From: Bacteroidales bacterium | Lineage (GTDB): Bacteria; Bacteroidota; Bacteroidia; Bacteroidales; VadinHA17 | NCBI GenBank assembly: GCA_040769065.1 | Contig: JAXGLU010000001.1 | Span: 2,783,556-2,847,555, forward strand | Direction: 5' to 3' | DNA length: 64,000 nt | In this document: positions 9,444 to 19,263 of the stretch, piece after piece | Numbering within the stretch: position 1 is the first letter of the stretch | Layout: every line of letters starts with the position of its first letter | Made by a program: the position numbers and the translations under genes | Notes under the pieces: generated by a model | Seen by the model: only the letters and a program-made list of their open reading frames with translations | What the model was told of the DNA's origin: nothing | The model's database searches: none

Positions 9444-10343
9444 ATGCGATTTGAGAACATTTTAGAGACAATTGGAAATACCCCACTGGTAACGATTGAA
9501 AACCTGAATCCCAACAGATCAGTGAAAATCAGTGCAAAGGTTGAGGGTTTTAATCCGACAGGAAGTATCAAGGACAGAATTGCGCTGAAAATGGTTCAGC
9601 AGGCTGAAGCCGGGGGGTGCCTTGATAAGGAAAAGACAATCATTGAGCCCACCTCGGGGAATACAGGTATCGGACTGGCAATGATAGGAGCTGTGAAAGG
9701 ATACAATGTTGAAATTGTTATGAGCAGCGCTGTTTCTGTTGAAAGAGTAAAAATGATAAAGGCTTACGGAGCAAACGTGATTTTGACTGATGCGGGATCA
9801 GGAACGGATGGTGCCATATTGAAAGCCAGGGAACTGATACAGTCAAATCCATCGAAGTATTTCATGCCCGATCAGTTTTCAAATACCTATAATAATCTGG
9901 CTCATTATAAAACCACGGGTGAAGAGATCTGGAAACAGGCAAACGGCAGAATTGATTATTTTGTGTCGGCAATAGGTACCTCAGGAACAATCATGGGAGT
10001 GGGCAGGGCTCTTAAGGAAAATGACCCCCGGATCAGGATCGTTTGCGCTCATCCCGTCAGAGGTCATTATATCCAGGGATTGAAAAATATGGAAGAGGCA
10101 ATAGTGCCGTCAATTTACGATCCGTCGATGATCGATGAAACTATAATGGTGGAAACAGAAGAAGCCTACAAGATGTCACGCCTTATTATACAGAAAGAGG
10201 GAATTTTCGTGGGCATGTCGAGCGGAGCGGCCATGTATGCAGCATATGAAATAGCCAGGAAAATCAAAACCGGTAACATTGTAGTCATATTTCCCGATAG
10301 GGGTGAAAAATACCTAAGCACTAACTTATTCAAGGGATTTTAA
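9444..10343 (+). CDS. cysteine synthase (CysK/CysM family, PLP-dependent)
   Basis: 299 aa. Motifs: IGNTPLV...KVEGFNPTGSIKDRIALKMV...EPTSGNTGIGLA...GTSGTIMGVG. Confidence 0.85.
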   Translation: MRFENILETIGNTPLVTIENLNPNRSVKISAKVEGFNPTGSIKDRIALKMVQQAEAGGCLDKEKTIIEPTSGNTGIGLAMIGAVKGYNVEIVMSSAVSVERVKMIKAYGANVILTDAGSGTDGAILKARELIQSNPSKYFMPDQFSNTYNNLAHYKTTGEEIWKQANGRIDYFVSAIGTSGTIMGVGRALKENDPRIRIVCAHPVRGHYIQGLKNMEEAIVPSIYDPSMIDETIMVETEEAYKMSRLIIQKEGIFVGMSSGAAMYAAYEIARKIKTGNIVVIFPDRGEKYLSTNLFKGF

Positions 10344-10471
10344 CTTTATCCGGATTTTTCAGATTCCTGCATTTGTGTTAATTTTAGGGGGATAATTAAT
10401 CAATATCAAATAATTCCTTAGGAGAAGTAAATTGCGGTATCAAATTTGTAAAATCATAAAAAAACTATGTT

Positions 10472-10566
10472 ATGAAACCTACATGTGTTAAATACGCAAA
10501 CACGTAATAAATATAATTATCAATCATGTGTGGGTTCCATCATACCATTAAAATCAAAATTATATT
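10472..10566 (+). promoter_or_regulatory. start-codon-abutting palindromic cassette, copy C3
   Basis: ATGAAACCTACATGTGTTAAATACGCAAACACGTAATAAATATAATTATCAATCATGTGTGGGTTCCATCATACCATTAAAATCAAAATTATATT followed directly by the ATG at 10567. Confidence 0.8.
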
Positions 10567-11256
10567 ATGAAAAAAACAATTGTTATTCTCAGCAGTCTGC
10601 TTTTTTCTTATTTTCAGCTTTCAGGCCAGGTTTATGAGCCTGTTACGGTTTCTGCCGGAACCCCTGTATTAAAGTATTTCCCCCTGGAGGAAAGATATCG
10701 TTATCCGGATTTCAAAGACGGGCAGATTAACTATAAAAACGGTTCAGTAAGTAAAGGCAGGTTCAATTACAATTTTCTCAAGGGAGACATTGATTTTATT
10801 CAGCTTAACGATACACTTTCCCTTGTGACAAGGAGAGAAATGAGTTTTCTGACCATAGGTTCTGATACTTTCTACTTTGATAATGGTTATATAGAACAAA
10901 TTTCAGGAGGCAATCTTATTGTAGGAGTAAAACAGTTCGTCAAGCTGAAAGATGTTCTCAAAAAAGGTGCTTTCGGAACTATAAACAGGCATTCGGCCAT
11001 TGAGTCATACAAACCGGTAACCCGGGGTGGTTTCCAGGACTGGATTCCCAATGAAGACTGTGTGTTTCAGATGGAACGGGAATATTATTTTTCAAATAAC
11101 GGAAACATATTTGTTCTGTTTACGCGAAAAAAGACTCTTGAAATGTTTCCCTGGCATAAAGACAAAATCCAGGGTTATTTAAAATCAAACAAGATAAATT
11201 TCAGTTCAGAAGATGACCTTCTTCGACTGGCTGAATATCTCCGCAGTCTATCCTGA
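10567..11256 (+). CDS. secreted hypothetical protein
   Basis: 229-aa ORF with signal peptide MKKTIVILSSLLFSYFQLSGQ. No family recognised. Confidence 0.6.
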   Translation: MKKTIVILSSLLFSYFQLSGQVYEPVTVSAGTPVLKYFPLEERYRYPDFKDGQINYKNGSVSKGRFNYNFLKGDIDFIQLNDTLSLVTRREMSFLTIGSDTFYFDNGYIEQISGGNLIVGVKQFVKLKDVLKKGAFGTINRHSAIESYKPVTRGGFQDWIPNEDCVFQMEREYYFSNNGNIFVLFTRKKTLEMFPWHKDKIQGYLKSNKINFSSEDDLLRLAEYLRSLS

Positions 11257-11320
11257 TTTGCATGGCGCAGCTTCTTATAAAAGTGAATAATAATTTGTTA
11301 ATTTTTCATACTGGTACAAC

Positions 11321-12322
11321 ATGAAAACTTCCAGAAGGAAATTTATTGTAAGATCGGTTCTTGCAACAGCAGGATTATCAGCCGTTACGGAAACACTTTC
11401 AAAGGGCATGGAGCCAAACACCGGATCAATATCCGGTTCCGCAGGTAAGATTTCGGATCCTTTCACAATTAGTATTTTCTCCAAGCATTTGCATTGGCTT
11501 GATTGGGAAGAAATGGCAAAAACTGCTGCCGGAATGGGATTCGACGGAGTGGACCTTACAGTGAGACCCGGAGGCCATGTATTGCCCGAAAATGTTGAAA
11601 CAGACCTTCCTAAGGTTATGGAAGCTGTGAAAAAAGCGGGAATCAATATTCACATGATCACAACTTCCATAACAAATGCCGGCGATCCTTTAACCGGCAA
11701 GATCCTCAGAACTGCTTCATCCCTTGGAATACGTCATTACAGAACCGGATACGGGTACTATGACGATTCATTGAGCATCAGGGAGAACATCGCGATTATG
11801 AAGGAAAGACTTTCGGGACTGGCTGAGATTAACGAAAAATATTCAATAATAGGGGAATACCAGAATCATTCAGGTGTTTCCGGCGCCGGGCACTATTTTG
11901 GAGGCCCGCTCTGGGATCTGGGGTGGGTTTTAGATGAAATAAATTCAGAATGGCTTGGAGCACAGTATGATATCTATCATGCTATGATCGAGGGAGGGTA
12001 TTCCTGGCCTGTCGACCTTAAATTTATTGCACCGTTTATAAAGTCGCTCGATGTTAAAGACTTTGTTTGGAGTAAAAATCAGGGGAAATGGTCTTCAGAT
12101 ACTGTTCCTTTGGGCGAGGGCATGGTTGACTTCGGGAAGTACCTGGCTCTGATAAAGCAGTACAATATCAGTGGCCCTGTATCCATTCATTATGAATACC
12201 CCCTTGGAGGTGCTGAACATGGGGATAGAACATTGACTATGAAAAGAGACGATGTTATTTCAGCTATGCGAAAGGATCTGGCAACATTGAAACATCATCT
12301 TAAAGAAGCGAAACTGGTATGA
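11321..12322 (+). CDS. sugar phosphate isomerase/epimerase (xylose-isomerase-like TIM barrel) with TAT signal
   Basis: 333 aa. The TAT signal is MKTSRRKFIVRSVLATAGLSA. The TIM-barrel family pattern includes GFDGVDL, GEYQNH and YDIYH. Confidence 0.7.
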   Translation: MKTSRRKFIVRSVLATAGLSAVTETLSKGMEPNTGSISGSAGKISDPFTISIFSKHLHWLDWEEMAKTAAGMGFDGVDLTVRPGGHVLPENVETDLPKVMEAVKKAGINIHMITTSITNAGDPLTGKILRTASSLGIRHYRTGYGYYDDSLSIRENIAIMKERLSGLAEINEKYSIIGEYQNHSGVSGAGHYFGGPLWDLGWVLDEINSEWLGAQYDIYHAMIEGGYSWPVDLKFIAPFIKSLDVKDFVWSKNQGKWSSDTVPLGEGMVDFGKYLALIKQYNISGPVSIHYEYPLGGAEHGDRTLTMKRDDVISAMRKDLATLKHHLKEAKLV

Positions 12323-12655
12323 ACCCCGGTCTCTGTTAACTCACCGGGCATTATCCTGTACAAACCCCACGTGCAGGATAATATTCGCATATATCAATAT
12401 TACCGATCACCCCGGGGCCAAAAGGTTGCCTGATAATGCTGTTCACTATTGAGCCGGTCCTGATGAAGTTGTTGTCAATTGTAACTGTATGTATTATTAC
12501 CTTTACGGAAGGGAATTTGCTGTATAAGCAGTTTAAGTGAAATCATGCAATTATCCGGTATAAATCCAAACAAATTTGTATTTTTATTATCCTTTCAGGG
12601 AAGTTTTATTTCTTACGTTTTCAATATATTTAATATAACCCCATCGCTCTGAGAT

Positions 12656-13186
12656 ATGAAAAAACTTGTTTTGATAATTTTCCTGCTCGGCAGCCATATT
12701 GTATCAGGACAATCGTGTTCTGACATAAAGACTGTCAGTGACAGTTTTTTTAATGTCAACACTCACACTTCACCTGTTCTGACAAGTGACGCACAGGTTG
12801 ATGATGATAAAACAACCTTCAAGGTGTTTGCCGTAAAGCAGACATTCGAATTGGAGCCGGAATACTCATTGATGTTTACACTGACGACTCCGGTTCTCGA
12901 TTTTGAGGGTCATGGCGTCATCATTTTGCTTGAAGACGGATCAAAAATTGAAAAGCCTCAATTAAAAATGATGTTTGAAGGAGGTTCAGAGGAAACCGTC
13001 TGCAAATATTCAATTAAAATGGTCATAGAAAAGGAAGAACTGGACTTGTTGATGAAAAACAGCATCACAAATCTCAGGTTTTTTGCTTTTGACTCTGAAC
13101 ATCCGGTTTTATTCAATATAGGTGATCAGCCTGACAGTCCTGGTACAAAGCTGTTGTTCTACCTTAACTGCCTTTGGAATAAATAA
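12656..13186 (+). CDS. secreted hypothetical protein
   Basis: 176-aa ORF with signal peptide MKKLVLIIFLLGSHIVSGQ. No family recognised. Confidence 0.5.
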   Translation: MKKLVLIIFLLGSHIVSGQSCSDIKTVSDSFFNVNTHTSPVLTSDAQVDDDKTTFKVFAVKQTFELEPEYSLMFTLTTPVLDFEGHGVIILLEDGSKIEKPQLKMMFEGGSEETVCKYSIKMVIEKEELDLLMKNSITNLRFFAFDSEHPVLFNIGDQPDSPGTKLLFYLNCLWNK

Positions 13187-13287
13187 AAAAGGCTCTTGGC
13201 TGAACCCTGTCCGGGGCATTTGATTCGCCGTGCTTGTGTTCCAGGTTCTTTTAATTTTGCAGTCAGGGTTTTATTTCAGGATATCTG

Positions 13288-14871
13288 TTAGTGCATTACC
13301 ATGATTTTCTGTGATCTGATGGAACCGCCAAAAAATATGCGGCAGAAATACAAGCCTGAAGGATAATTAACGGCGTTCCATACTATGGAATGTGTTCCTG
13401 CATTAAGCTGCCGGTCTGTAAGCACTTCTGCAAGCATCCCTTTAGAATTTAACACTTCAGCACGCACATGTCCGCCAGAGGGTATGACGAATATTATTCT
13501 GGTGGTAGTTCGTACAGGATTGGGAAAATTCTGTTCCAGGGTAAAAAGCATTTCATTGTTTATCGTTCCATATTCATACGATTCATTAACCATATGCCAG
13601 TATGGCTCATTGCCTCCGTTGTAGTCGCGTCGAAGGTAATTTGTTTTAAGAGGGTATCTCTTAAAACTGTTTAATTCCGCACGTTTTGCTCCTTCATCCT
13701 TATCCCATTCATACAACGGGATCTCGGCCGGATTGATGGCAGATGACATTCCCCTTTCCTTTGCTATATGAAATAGTCCGAAATTACCCGGTTCGTGCCC
13801 CCCGAGATAATGACCGATAGTATCGACATGATATTGGTTGCGGCCGAAAATAATGTAGTTGGTCATGTAATCAGTTGCCAGCCCATCTTTTCCCGGCCCG
13901 TCCATAAAATTGCCGTCTCTTCCGTATATGCCTTCTATGATATGAAGTCCTGCCAGTGTTACCGAGTTATTATCAATACATCGGTTTGCCCAGGTCTCCT
14001 GCCATATGCCTCCGCTGCTTCCCGGCCTGTCCCATCGCGGGATGCCTGAAGCTTTATGCCTGTTATAGCTATCTAATAACTCGGCATTTGCTGAGGGATT
14101 AAGATCGCCCGGATCCACTCCGTTCATCAATTCACCGAAGGATTTGCAGTGAGCCTGGTAATTCATTGCTATTGTTCCCTGGAGGTTTTTGGCGCACAGC
14201 GTCAGTCCCATGCTGTGGGTTTTAAATTTTGAGATATTCAGGAGAAAGGTATCGGGTGCATTAACCGGCCAGAGATATGGTATTCTTTTAAACCATACCC
14301 CGTCTGGTACATCAATCCATTGTATCTTTTCATGGCTTAGTTCACCGGCCGGAGTATCTATGCACTGCAAATCTATCCCGGTACGTGTGGCCATTTCGGT
14401 ATATCCCCCGTCTGCAAGATCATCAGGACAATTAACCTCACGGATGTAGAATTGGCCCGGGCTAAAACCCAGATCCCGGAGGCTGTTTATTATGCCTTCG
14501 ACAAAGAAAGCATCAGTTACTATTCCCATTGACTTTTCAATAGTGTAACCGGGATGATTTCTTGACCGACAGGTAAGATTTGGCTTGATTACCACTTTAT
14601 GGGTAAGAGGAATGCCATTTTCTTCATCGTCAGTCAGGCAGAATACAGAGCGACCGAAATCCAGCCCGGCATTTCTTATTTCAGATGAATCGGTCTTCAT
14701 GTCCACCTGAGTGCGCATAATAAAAACAGCTTCCGGATTCTGGAGTATAAAAGGATTAATGCCCGCAAGAGCACCATTTTTAGGTCTGTTGAAATCCCTG
14801 AATGAGGGTATTGCCATGCATGCTCCCGCAAGCAGTGACGATTGAACAAACTTTCTTCTGCTTATTGTCAT
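13288..14871 (-). CDS. DUF362-like protein carrying both a TAT signal and a T9SS C-terminal sorting domain
   Basis: The track ORF starts at 14931. The likely start is MTISRRKFVQSSLLAGACMAIPS (14871). DUF362-like motifs are KVVIKPNLTC and FKTHSMGLTLCAKNLQG. The C-terminus is LEQNFPNPVRTTTRIIF...AGTHSIVWNAVNYPSGLYFCRIFFGGSIRSQKIMVMH, which is a T9SS CTD pattern. Confidence 0.65.
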   Translation of the reverse strand: MTISRRKFVQSSLLAGACMAIPSFRDFNRPKNGALAGINPFILQNPEAVFIMRTQVDMKTDSSEIRNAGLDFGRSVFCLTDDEENGIPLTHKVVIKPNLTCRSRNHPGYTIEKSMGIVTDAFFVEGIINSLRDLGFSPGQFYIREVNCPDDLADGGYTEMATRTGIDLQCIDTPAGELSHEKIQWIDVPDGVWFKRIPYLWPVNAPDTFLLNISKFKTHSMGLTLCAKNLQGTIAMNYQAHCKSFGELMNGVDPGDLNPSANAELLDSYNRHKASGIPRWDRPGSSGGIWQETWANRCIDNNSVTLAGLHIIEGIYGRDGNFMDGPGKDGLATDYMTNYIIFGRNQYHVDTIGHYLGGHEPGNFGLFHIAKERGMSSAINPAEIPLYEWDKDEGAKRAELNSFKRYPLKTNYLRRDYNGGNEPYWHMVNESYEYGTINNEMLFTLEQNFPNPVRTTTRIIFVIPSGGHVRAEVLNSKGMLAEVLTDRQLNAGTHSIVWNAVNYPSGLYFCRIFFGGSIRSQKIMVMH

Positions 14872-15018
14872 TCTATCGGTATTGATCTGACAACAGACCT
14901 TGAAATTACAAAATCGCAGGCTGATAGGCAAGCTTAGTTGAGGAATCTCATTTTCTCAAGTCGGTTCCCAATGGAGATTTGATCTTACCTTGGAATTGAG
15001 ATATTATGATAACATTAA

Positions 15019-15537
15019 TCATAAAAACTCAGCTATTTCTTCCGTTGGTTTTCTGTTCTTAACCTGCGACTTTTCAAATCCCGCCTTTGGATATCCCAAA
15101 GGTGTTATTCCAAAAGGTACTTGATTTTCTGTAAGATCAAGAGCCTTAGAAAGCAATTCCGGATCAAATGCTGCAATCCAGCATGAGGCTACACCTTCAT
15201 TTTCAGCTGCAAGGATTATATGAGTCATTGCTATTGCTGCATCGGTTTCCACAGAATTGTATCCGTCATAGCTTCGGTTCCATGCCTGATCTCTCAGCCC
15301 GACAACCACAATGATATGAGGAGCATCCTTAAACCATTCGCGGTGGTAACAGGTTCTGACCTTTTCAAGCATTTCAGGGGAAGAAATAACAATGAATTTC
15401 CAGGGCTGCCTGTTATTTGCTGAAGGGGCAAGCCTCCCGGCTTCTATAATTCTTTCCAGAACCTCAGCCGGCACCAAACGGTCGGGATCATAATTTCTGA
15501 CACTTTCACGTTTCCTTATAAGATTGCTGTATTCCAT
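15019..15537 (-). CDS. nitroreductase family protein
   Basis: 172 aa. Motifs: RESVRNYD...AGRLAPSANNRQPWKFIVI. Confidence 0.8.
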   Translation of the reverse strand: MEYSNLIRKRESVRNYDPDRLVPAEVLERIIEAGRLAPSANNRQPWKFIVISSPEMLEKVRTCYHREWFKDAPHIIVVVGLRDQAWNRSYDGYNSVETDAAIAMTHIILAAENEGVASCWIAAFDPELLSKALDLTENQVPFGITPLGYPKAGFEKSQVKNRKPTEEIAEFL

Positions 15538-15647
15538 TGCTGATAAATGTTGTGATTATGTAAATCATTATTTTAGTATATATTCGTTGAATCGCGGAAA
15601 TGAACTTTAAATTCTAAGGTCTGAACAATATCCAAAAACAAAATGAA

Positions 15648-18287
15648 TTGAACAAGTGTTTCCTGATAATAACTTTTCTGGTACTCACAGTGAAAGCTGC
15701 TTCACAGTATGCCATTCCTTCTGAAGAAAGGATAATGGAAGCTGATGTGGTGGTGGTTGGTGAAATCACAGGTTCTTCTTCATTCTGGGATATACAGCAC
15801 AGGAACATATACACCAGCTATACAATAAAAGTGATAAACACCCTGAAAGGTGCCGGATCAGATGAATTGGAAGTTGTGACCATTGGTGGTATTGTTGAAA
15901 ATATAAGGCAATCGGTAAGTACATCTCCTAACCTGGAAACAGGAAAAACAGGGCTTTTTATACTTAAGAAGTCTGATAATGAGTATGGTATCCATGTGGA
16001 TATAAAAAACAGTTACATTTTATTTGGAGGACAGAAAGGATTTTTCGAGACAACATATCCGAACGATAGTGCGTTGAACTTCAAATCGATACGCGAGAAT
16101 ATGATTTATGAACCGGTAAAAATATTGCAGTCCGGAATTAAAGTTCAGGACATCCAAAATCGTTATTTGGCTAAAGGAGGTTTCGCAGAGCATATCATCA
16201 CAGGCATAGCCCCTGACACAATAACTGCCGGAACGGGTTCAATACTTAGCATAAGCGGAGAAGGATTCGGGGCCAGTCAGGGAGAGGGTCAGGTATGGTT
16301 TGTAAATGCCGACAGGCCTGAGTACATTTTTACAAGCGATGATTTTGACATTAAAACCTGGACCGACACCCTCGTACAGCTTGCAGTGCCCCATAATGCA
16401 GCTACCGGAATAGTTGCCATAAACATCGCCGGCGAGAATGTGAACAGTCCGGAAGTCCTATATATCAGATATTCATACAGTAATTTTGAAAACAAGCCTT
16501 ATATTTTGATTAATTCAGATCAGGCTGGCGGTTATACATGGCGTTATACCACAAATCTGAATTCCAATAATACAGCCGCAAACATCGTAAGCAAAGCTAT
16601 TGATAAATGGATTTGTGCCACAAGCGTGCCATGGCAGACAGGAGAGCCGGTTGAGGCAGTCGCAGGCATGGATGGTATCAGCTCAATATCATTTGGAACG
16701 GTAACAGACGGGCTTGGCGTAACATCAGTTTTTTCAGAAGGGATTGTGAATAATTCCGTTGTTACTGCATGGGCGGTTAAGGAGATAGATATTGTTTTAA
16801 GAGATGATGTTGATTGGTGCTATGACCTGTCTGATATCCTGCCTGCACAATATGATTTTGAAACAGCTGTCCTGCATGAACTGGGACATGCCCATTTGCT
16901 TGGTCATGTTAATAATGCCCTGGATCTGATGCATTCCGATATAACAACTCAGAGCATCAGGGAAATTAATAGTGCAAATGAAGATTGTGGTGCTTTCATT
17001 CTCAATAAATGCCTTGATTTCTCTCATCCGAATTACAGAACAATAATTCTTTCAGACAAGTTCCGGGTAGGCAAGGCGGGTACCATAACAGGCAATCCGG
17101 CCATTTGCCGGGGCCAGGAACCTGTAACCTTCACCGTGCCATTAATAGAGAATGCTACATCTTACATCTGGACTTTACCGGAAGGAGCATCGGGAACAAG
17201 TTCGACCAACAGTATTATTGTGAACTTTGGGCCTGATGCCGTATCAGGAAATATTACGGTGAGAGGTAGAAATTCCTGTAATACAGGCGAGCCTTCCGTG
17301 CTGGCTGTGACAATTAATTCTGTTCCCGGGGCAGCAGGCGAAATAGCAGGCCCAAACACTGTTTGCGGGGGACAAAGCTCTGTTAACTACACTGTTCCCT
17401 TAATTGAAAATGCAGCTTCCTATGTATGGACATTGCCTGAAGGAGCATCGGGAACAAGCTCAACAAACAGTATTACAGTCAGTTTTGGACAGGAAGCTCT
17501 TCCGGGAAAAATAACTGTTCAAGGCATAAACTCCTGTGGTGCGGGAGAAAGCTCATCACTCTTTATCGCTGTAAACTCCTCACCTGCAATCCCGTTGGCG
17601 ATTTTTGGCTATCAGGTTGTGTGTCAGGGACAAAACTCTGTAGTCTATACCGTTCCTCCTGTTGAAAGAGCGGATTCATATACCTGGACCTTACCTTCCG
17701 GGGCTACAGGCACTAGCCTGACAAACAACATTGCAGTCAATTATGGTTTGAATGCTCTGTCAGGTGAGATAACCGTATCTGCAACAAATACATGTGGCAG
17801 CAGTGTGCCGTCATCACAGGAGATAACAGTGTTAAGCAAGCCGCCTGCTCCAACTATAACATTGACTGACAACATTTTGCGTTCAGATGCAGCAGTCGGG
17901 AACCAATGGTTTGTTGCGAACACTATGATTGCAGGGGCAACAGGCCAGGATTACGCTGTGACCAAAACAGGCGATTATTATGCAATTGTTACAATAGCCG
18001 GCTGCAGCTCCGGTGCTTCAAATATTATTTATGCCGTTTCTCCGGGGCATGAGTTCGACGATGCAAAAATTTATCCGAATCCGGTAGTGGAAGAGCTGAA
18101 CATTGAACTTCCCGGTAATTCCGTGCAGATGAATTATGAGATCATAAACGCTGCGGGCCTGATAGTAATGAAAGGATTTTTTACGGAAAAAGCTGTAATA
18201 TCAACTATTAGCCTTGCCCCGGGGATGTACCTTGTTAAATTTGGAAGCGAGGAGGTTTTTGATATCAGGAAAATAATAAAAGAATAA
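15648..18287 (+). CDS. large T9SS-sorted zinc metalloprotease-like protein with three tandem ~86-aa modules
   Basis: 879 aa with a TTG start and a signal peptide. The zinc motif is HELGHAHLLGH. Three repeats of C-x-G-Q...YTVP.IE.A.SY.WTLP.GA.GTS.TN.I.V.FG are present. The C-terminal sorting-domain pattern is KIYPNPVVEELNIEL...GMYLVKFG. Confidence 0.7.
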   Translation: MNKCFLIITFLVLTVKAASQYAIPSEERIMEADVVVVGEITGSSSFWDIQHRNIYTSYTIKVINTLKGAGSDELEVVTIGGIVENIRQSVSTSPNLETGKTGLFILKKSDNEYGIHVDIKNSYILFGGQKGFFETTYPNDSALNFKSIRENMIYEPVKILQSGIKVQDIQNRYLAKGGFAEHIITGIAPDTITAGTGSILSISGEGFGASQGEGQVWFVNADRPEYIFTSDDFDIKTWTDTLVQLAVPHNAATGIVAINIAGENVNSPEVLYIRYSYSNFENKPYILINSDQAGGYTWRYTTNLNSNNTAANIVSKAIDKWICATSVPWQTGEPVEAVAGMDGISSISFGTVTDGLGVTSVFSEGIVNNSVVTAWAVKEIDIVLRDDVDWCYDLSDILPAQYDFETAVLHELGHAHLLGHVNNALDLMHSDITTQSIREINSANEDCGAFILNKCLDFSHPNYRTIILSDKFRVGKAGTITGNPAICRGQEPVTFTVPLIENATSYIWTLPEGASGTSSTNSIIVNFGPDAVSGNITVRGRNSCNTGEPSVLAVTINSVPGAAGEIAGPNTVCGGQSSVNYTVPLIENAASYVWTLPEGASGTSSTNSITVSFGQEALPGKITVQGINSCGAGESSSLFIAVNSSPAIPLAIFGYQVVCQGQNSVVYTVPPVERADSYTWTLPSGATGTSLTNNIAVNYGLNALSGEITVSATNTCGSSVPSSQEITVLSKPPAPTITLTDNILRSDAAVGNQWFVANTMIAGATGQDYAVTKTGDYYAIVTIAGCSSGASNIIYAVSPGHEFDDAKIYPNPVVEELNIELPGNSVQMNYEIINAAGLIVMKGFFTEKAVISTISLAPGMYLVKFGSEEVFDIRKIIKE
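17085..17858 (+). repeat. 3 x ~258-bp intragenic tandem repeat (protein modules of the metalloprotease)
   Basis: Units start near 17085, 17343 and 17601. Units 1 and 2 share long identical runs, e.g. cctgaaggagcatcgggaacaag. Confidence 0.8.
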
Positions 18288-18587
18288 CAGATCATTTTAC
18301 CTGTCTTCATCCCGGTCAGAATACGGCCAACAAAGGTATTTCCTGCTATTTATGTCTGTATATTATCTTGTTGCTGTTGGCATTATAAACGTATCTGTTG
18401 CAGCTTCCGAGTACTAAAACGGAAAAAACGACAATTTTAAGGATCATCATGAAGGAAAGCATCAGCTTGTATGATTTCTTAAACTTCATATTTGCTACAG
18501 ATCGTGGTGAACGGATCGTTACAAAACATTATTGCTAACAAATGAATGAAATGTACCGGTTATTACTGATCCTGAATTTATTATACA

Positions 18588-18671
18588 ATGAAACCCACAT
18601 GTATCAAATACATAAAATTATGTAATTTTCTGTCATGTGTGATTCCATCTGACCTTTAAAGCAAATTAAAT
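18588..18671 (+). promoter_or_regulatory. start-codon-abutting palindromic cassette, copy C4 (orphan: followed only by a 21-codon stub)
   Basis: ATGAAACCCACATGTATCAAATACATAAAATTATGTAATTTTCTGTCATGTGTGATTCCATCTGACCTTTAAAGCAAATTAAAT, then ATGGATGAAAAAGAT..., with a stop at 18735-18737. Confidence 0.7.
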
Positions 18672-19263
18672 ATGGATGAAAAAGATATTGCCGGGTTACG
18701 GTGCATCAATCTTATGTGTATACTCAACAAACCATAGTTAAATCTTGTTAAATTCTTGGAGCTGGTGCTGTTAATTATATTAATTTTCCCCTGATTTAAT
18801 CCCGGTTTTCCGATAAATTACATATGCTGTCGGAAGAATTCAGCATTGTTAGCAGCAGGTTTTAACTAATATCAGATTCAAACCTGCTATTTTATAACGC
18901 TAACAAAACGTTTGCGGGTATGCCTGGATCTCTGCGGACAATTCTCATTCTTGGCTGTACAGAGCATTTATATTCATTAAGTATTATTGTACTTTAAGAG
19001 TAGGAATTACTGAGAAAAACAGAGACACAAAGAATACTGAAATTATGAATTTTAAGATAAATTTGTTATATCAGTTTTTACATATAGGTTACTCCTTCAA
19101 CCGGATCAACTCTGACAAGGATTGTTTATTTAACGATAAAAGATCTAGGTATCTGATTTTTGTAAAGTTGAAGGATCGTCAGGTTTATGAAGAAAGCTTG
19201 AGTACCATTTCAACAATTATTTTGACATTGCTGATCTTATAAAAAACTTTTAATCAATTAAAA

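Noticed and set aside
9283-9486. A 67-aa reverse-strand ORF between cassette C2 and the cysteine synthase gene.
   Set aside because: It overlaps the cysteine synthase start. It is AT-rich and has no recognisable features, so it is treated as divergent promoter DNA.
19045-19242. A 65-aa ORF just upstream of the ECF sigma gene as a small regulatory protein.
   Set aside because: The sequence is AT-rich and low-complexity with no motif. It is more likely promoter or leader DNA of the sigma gene.
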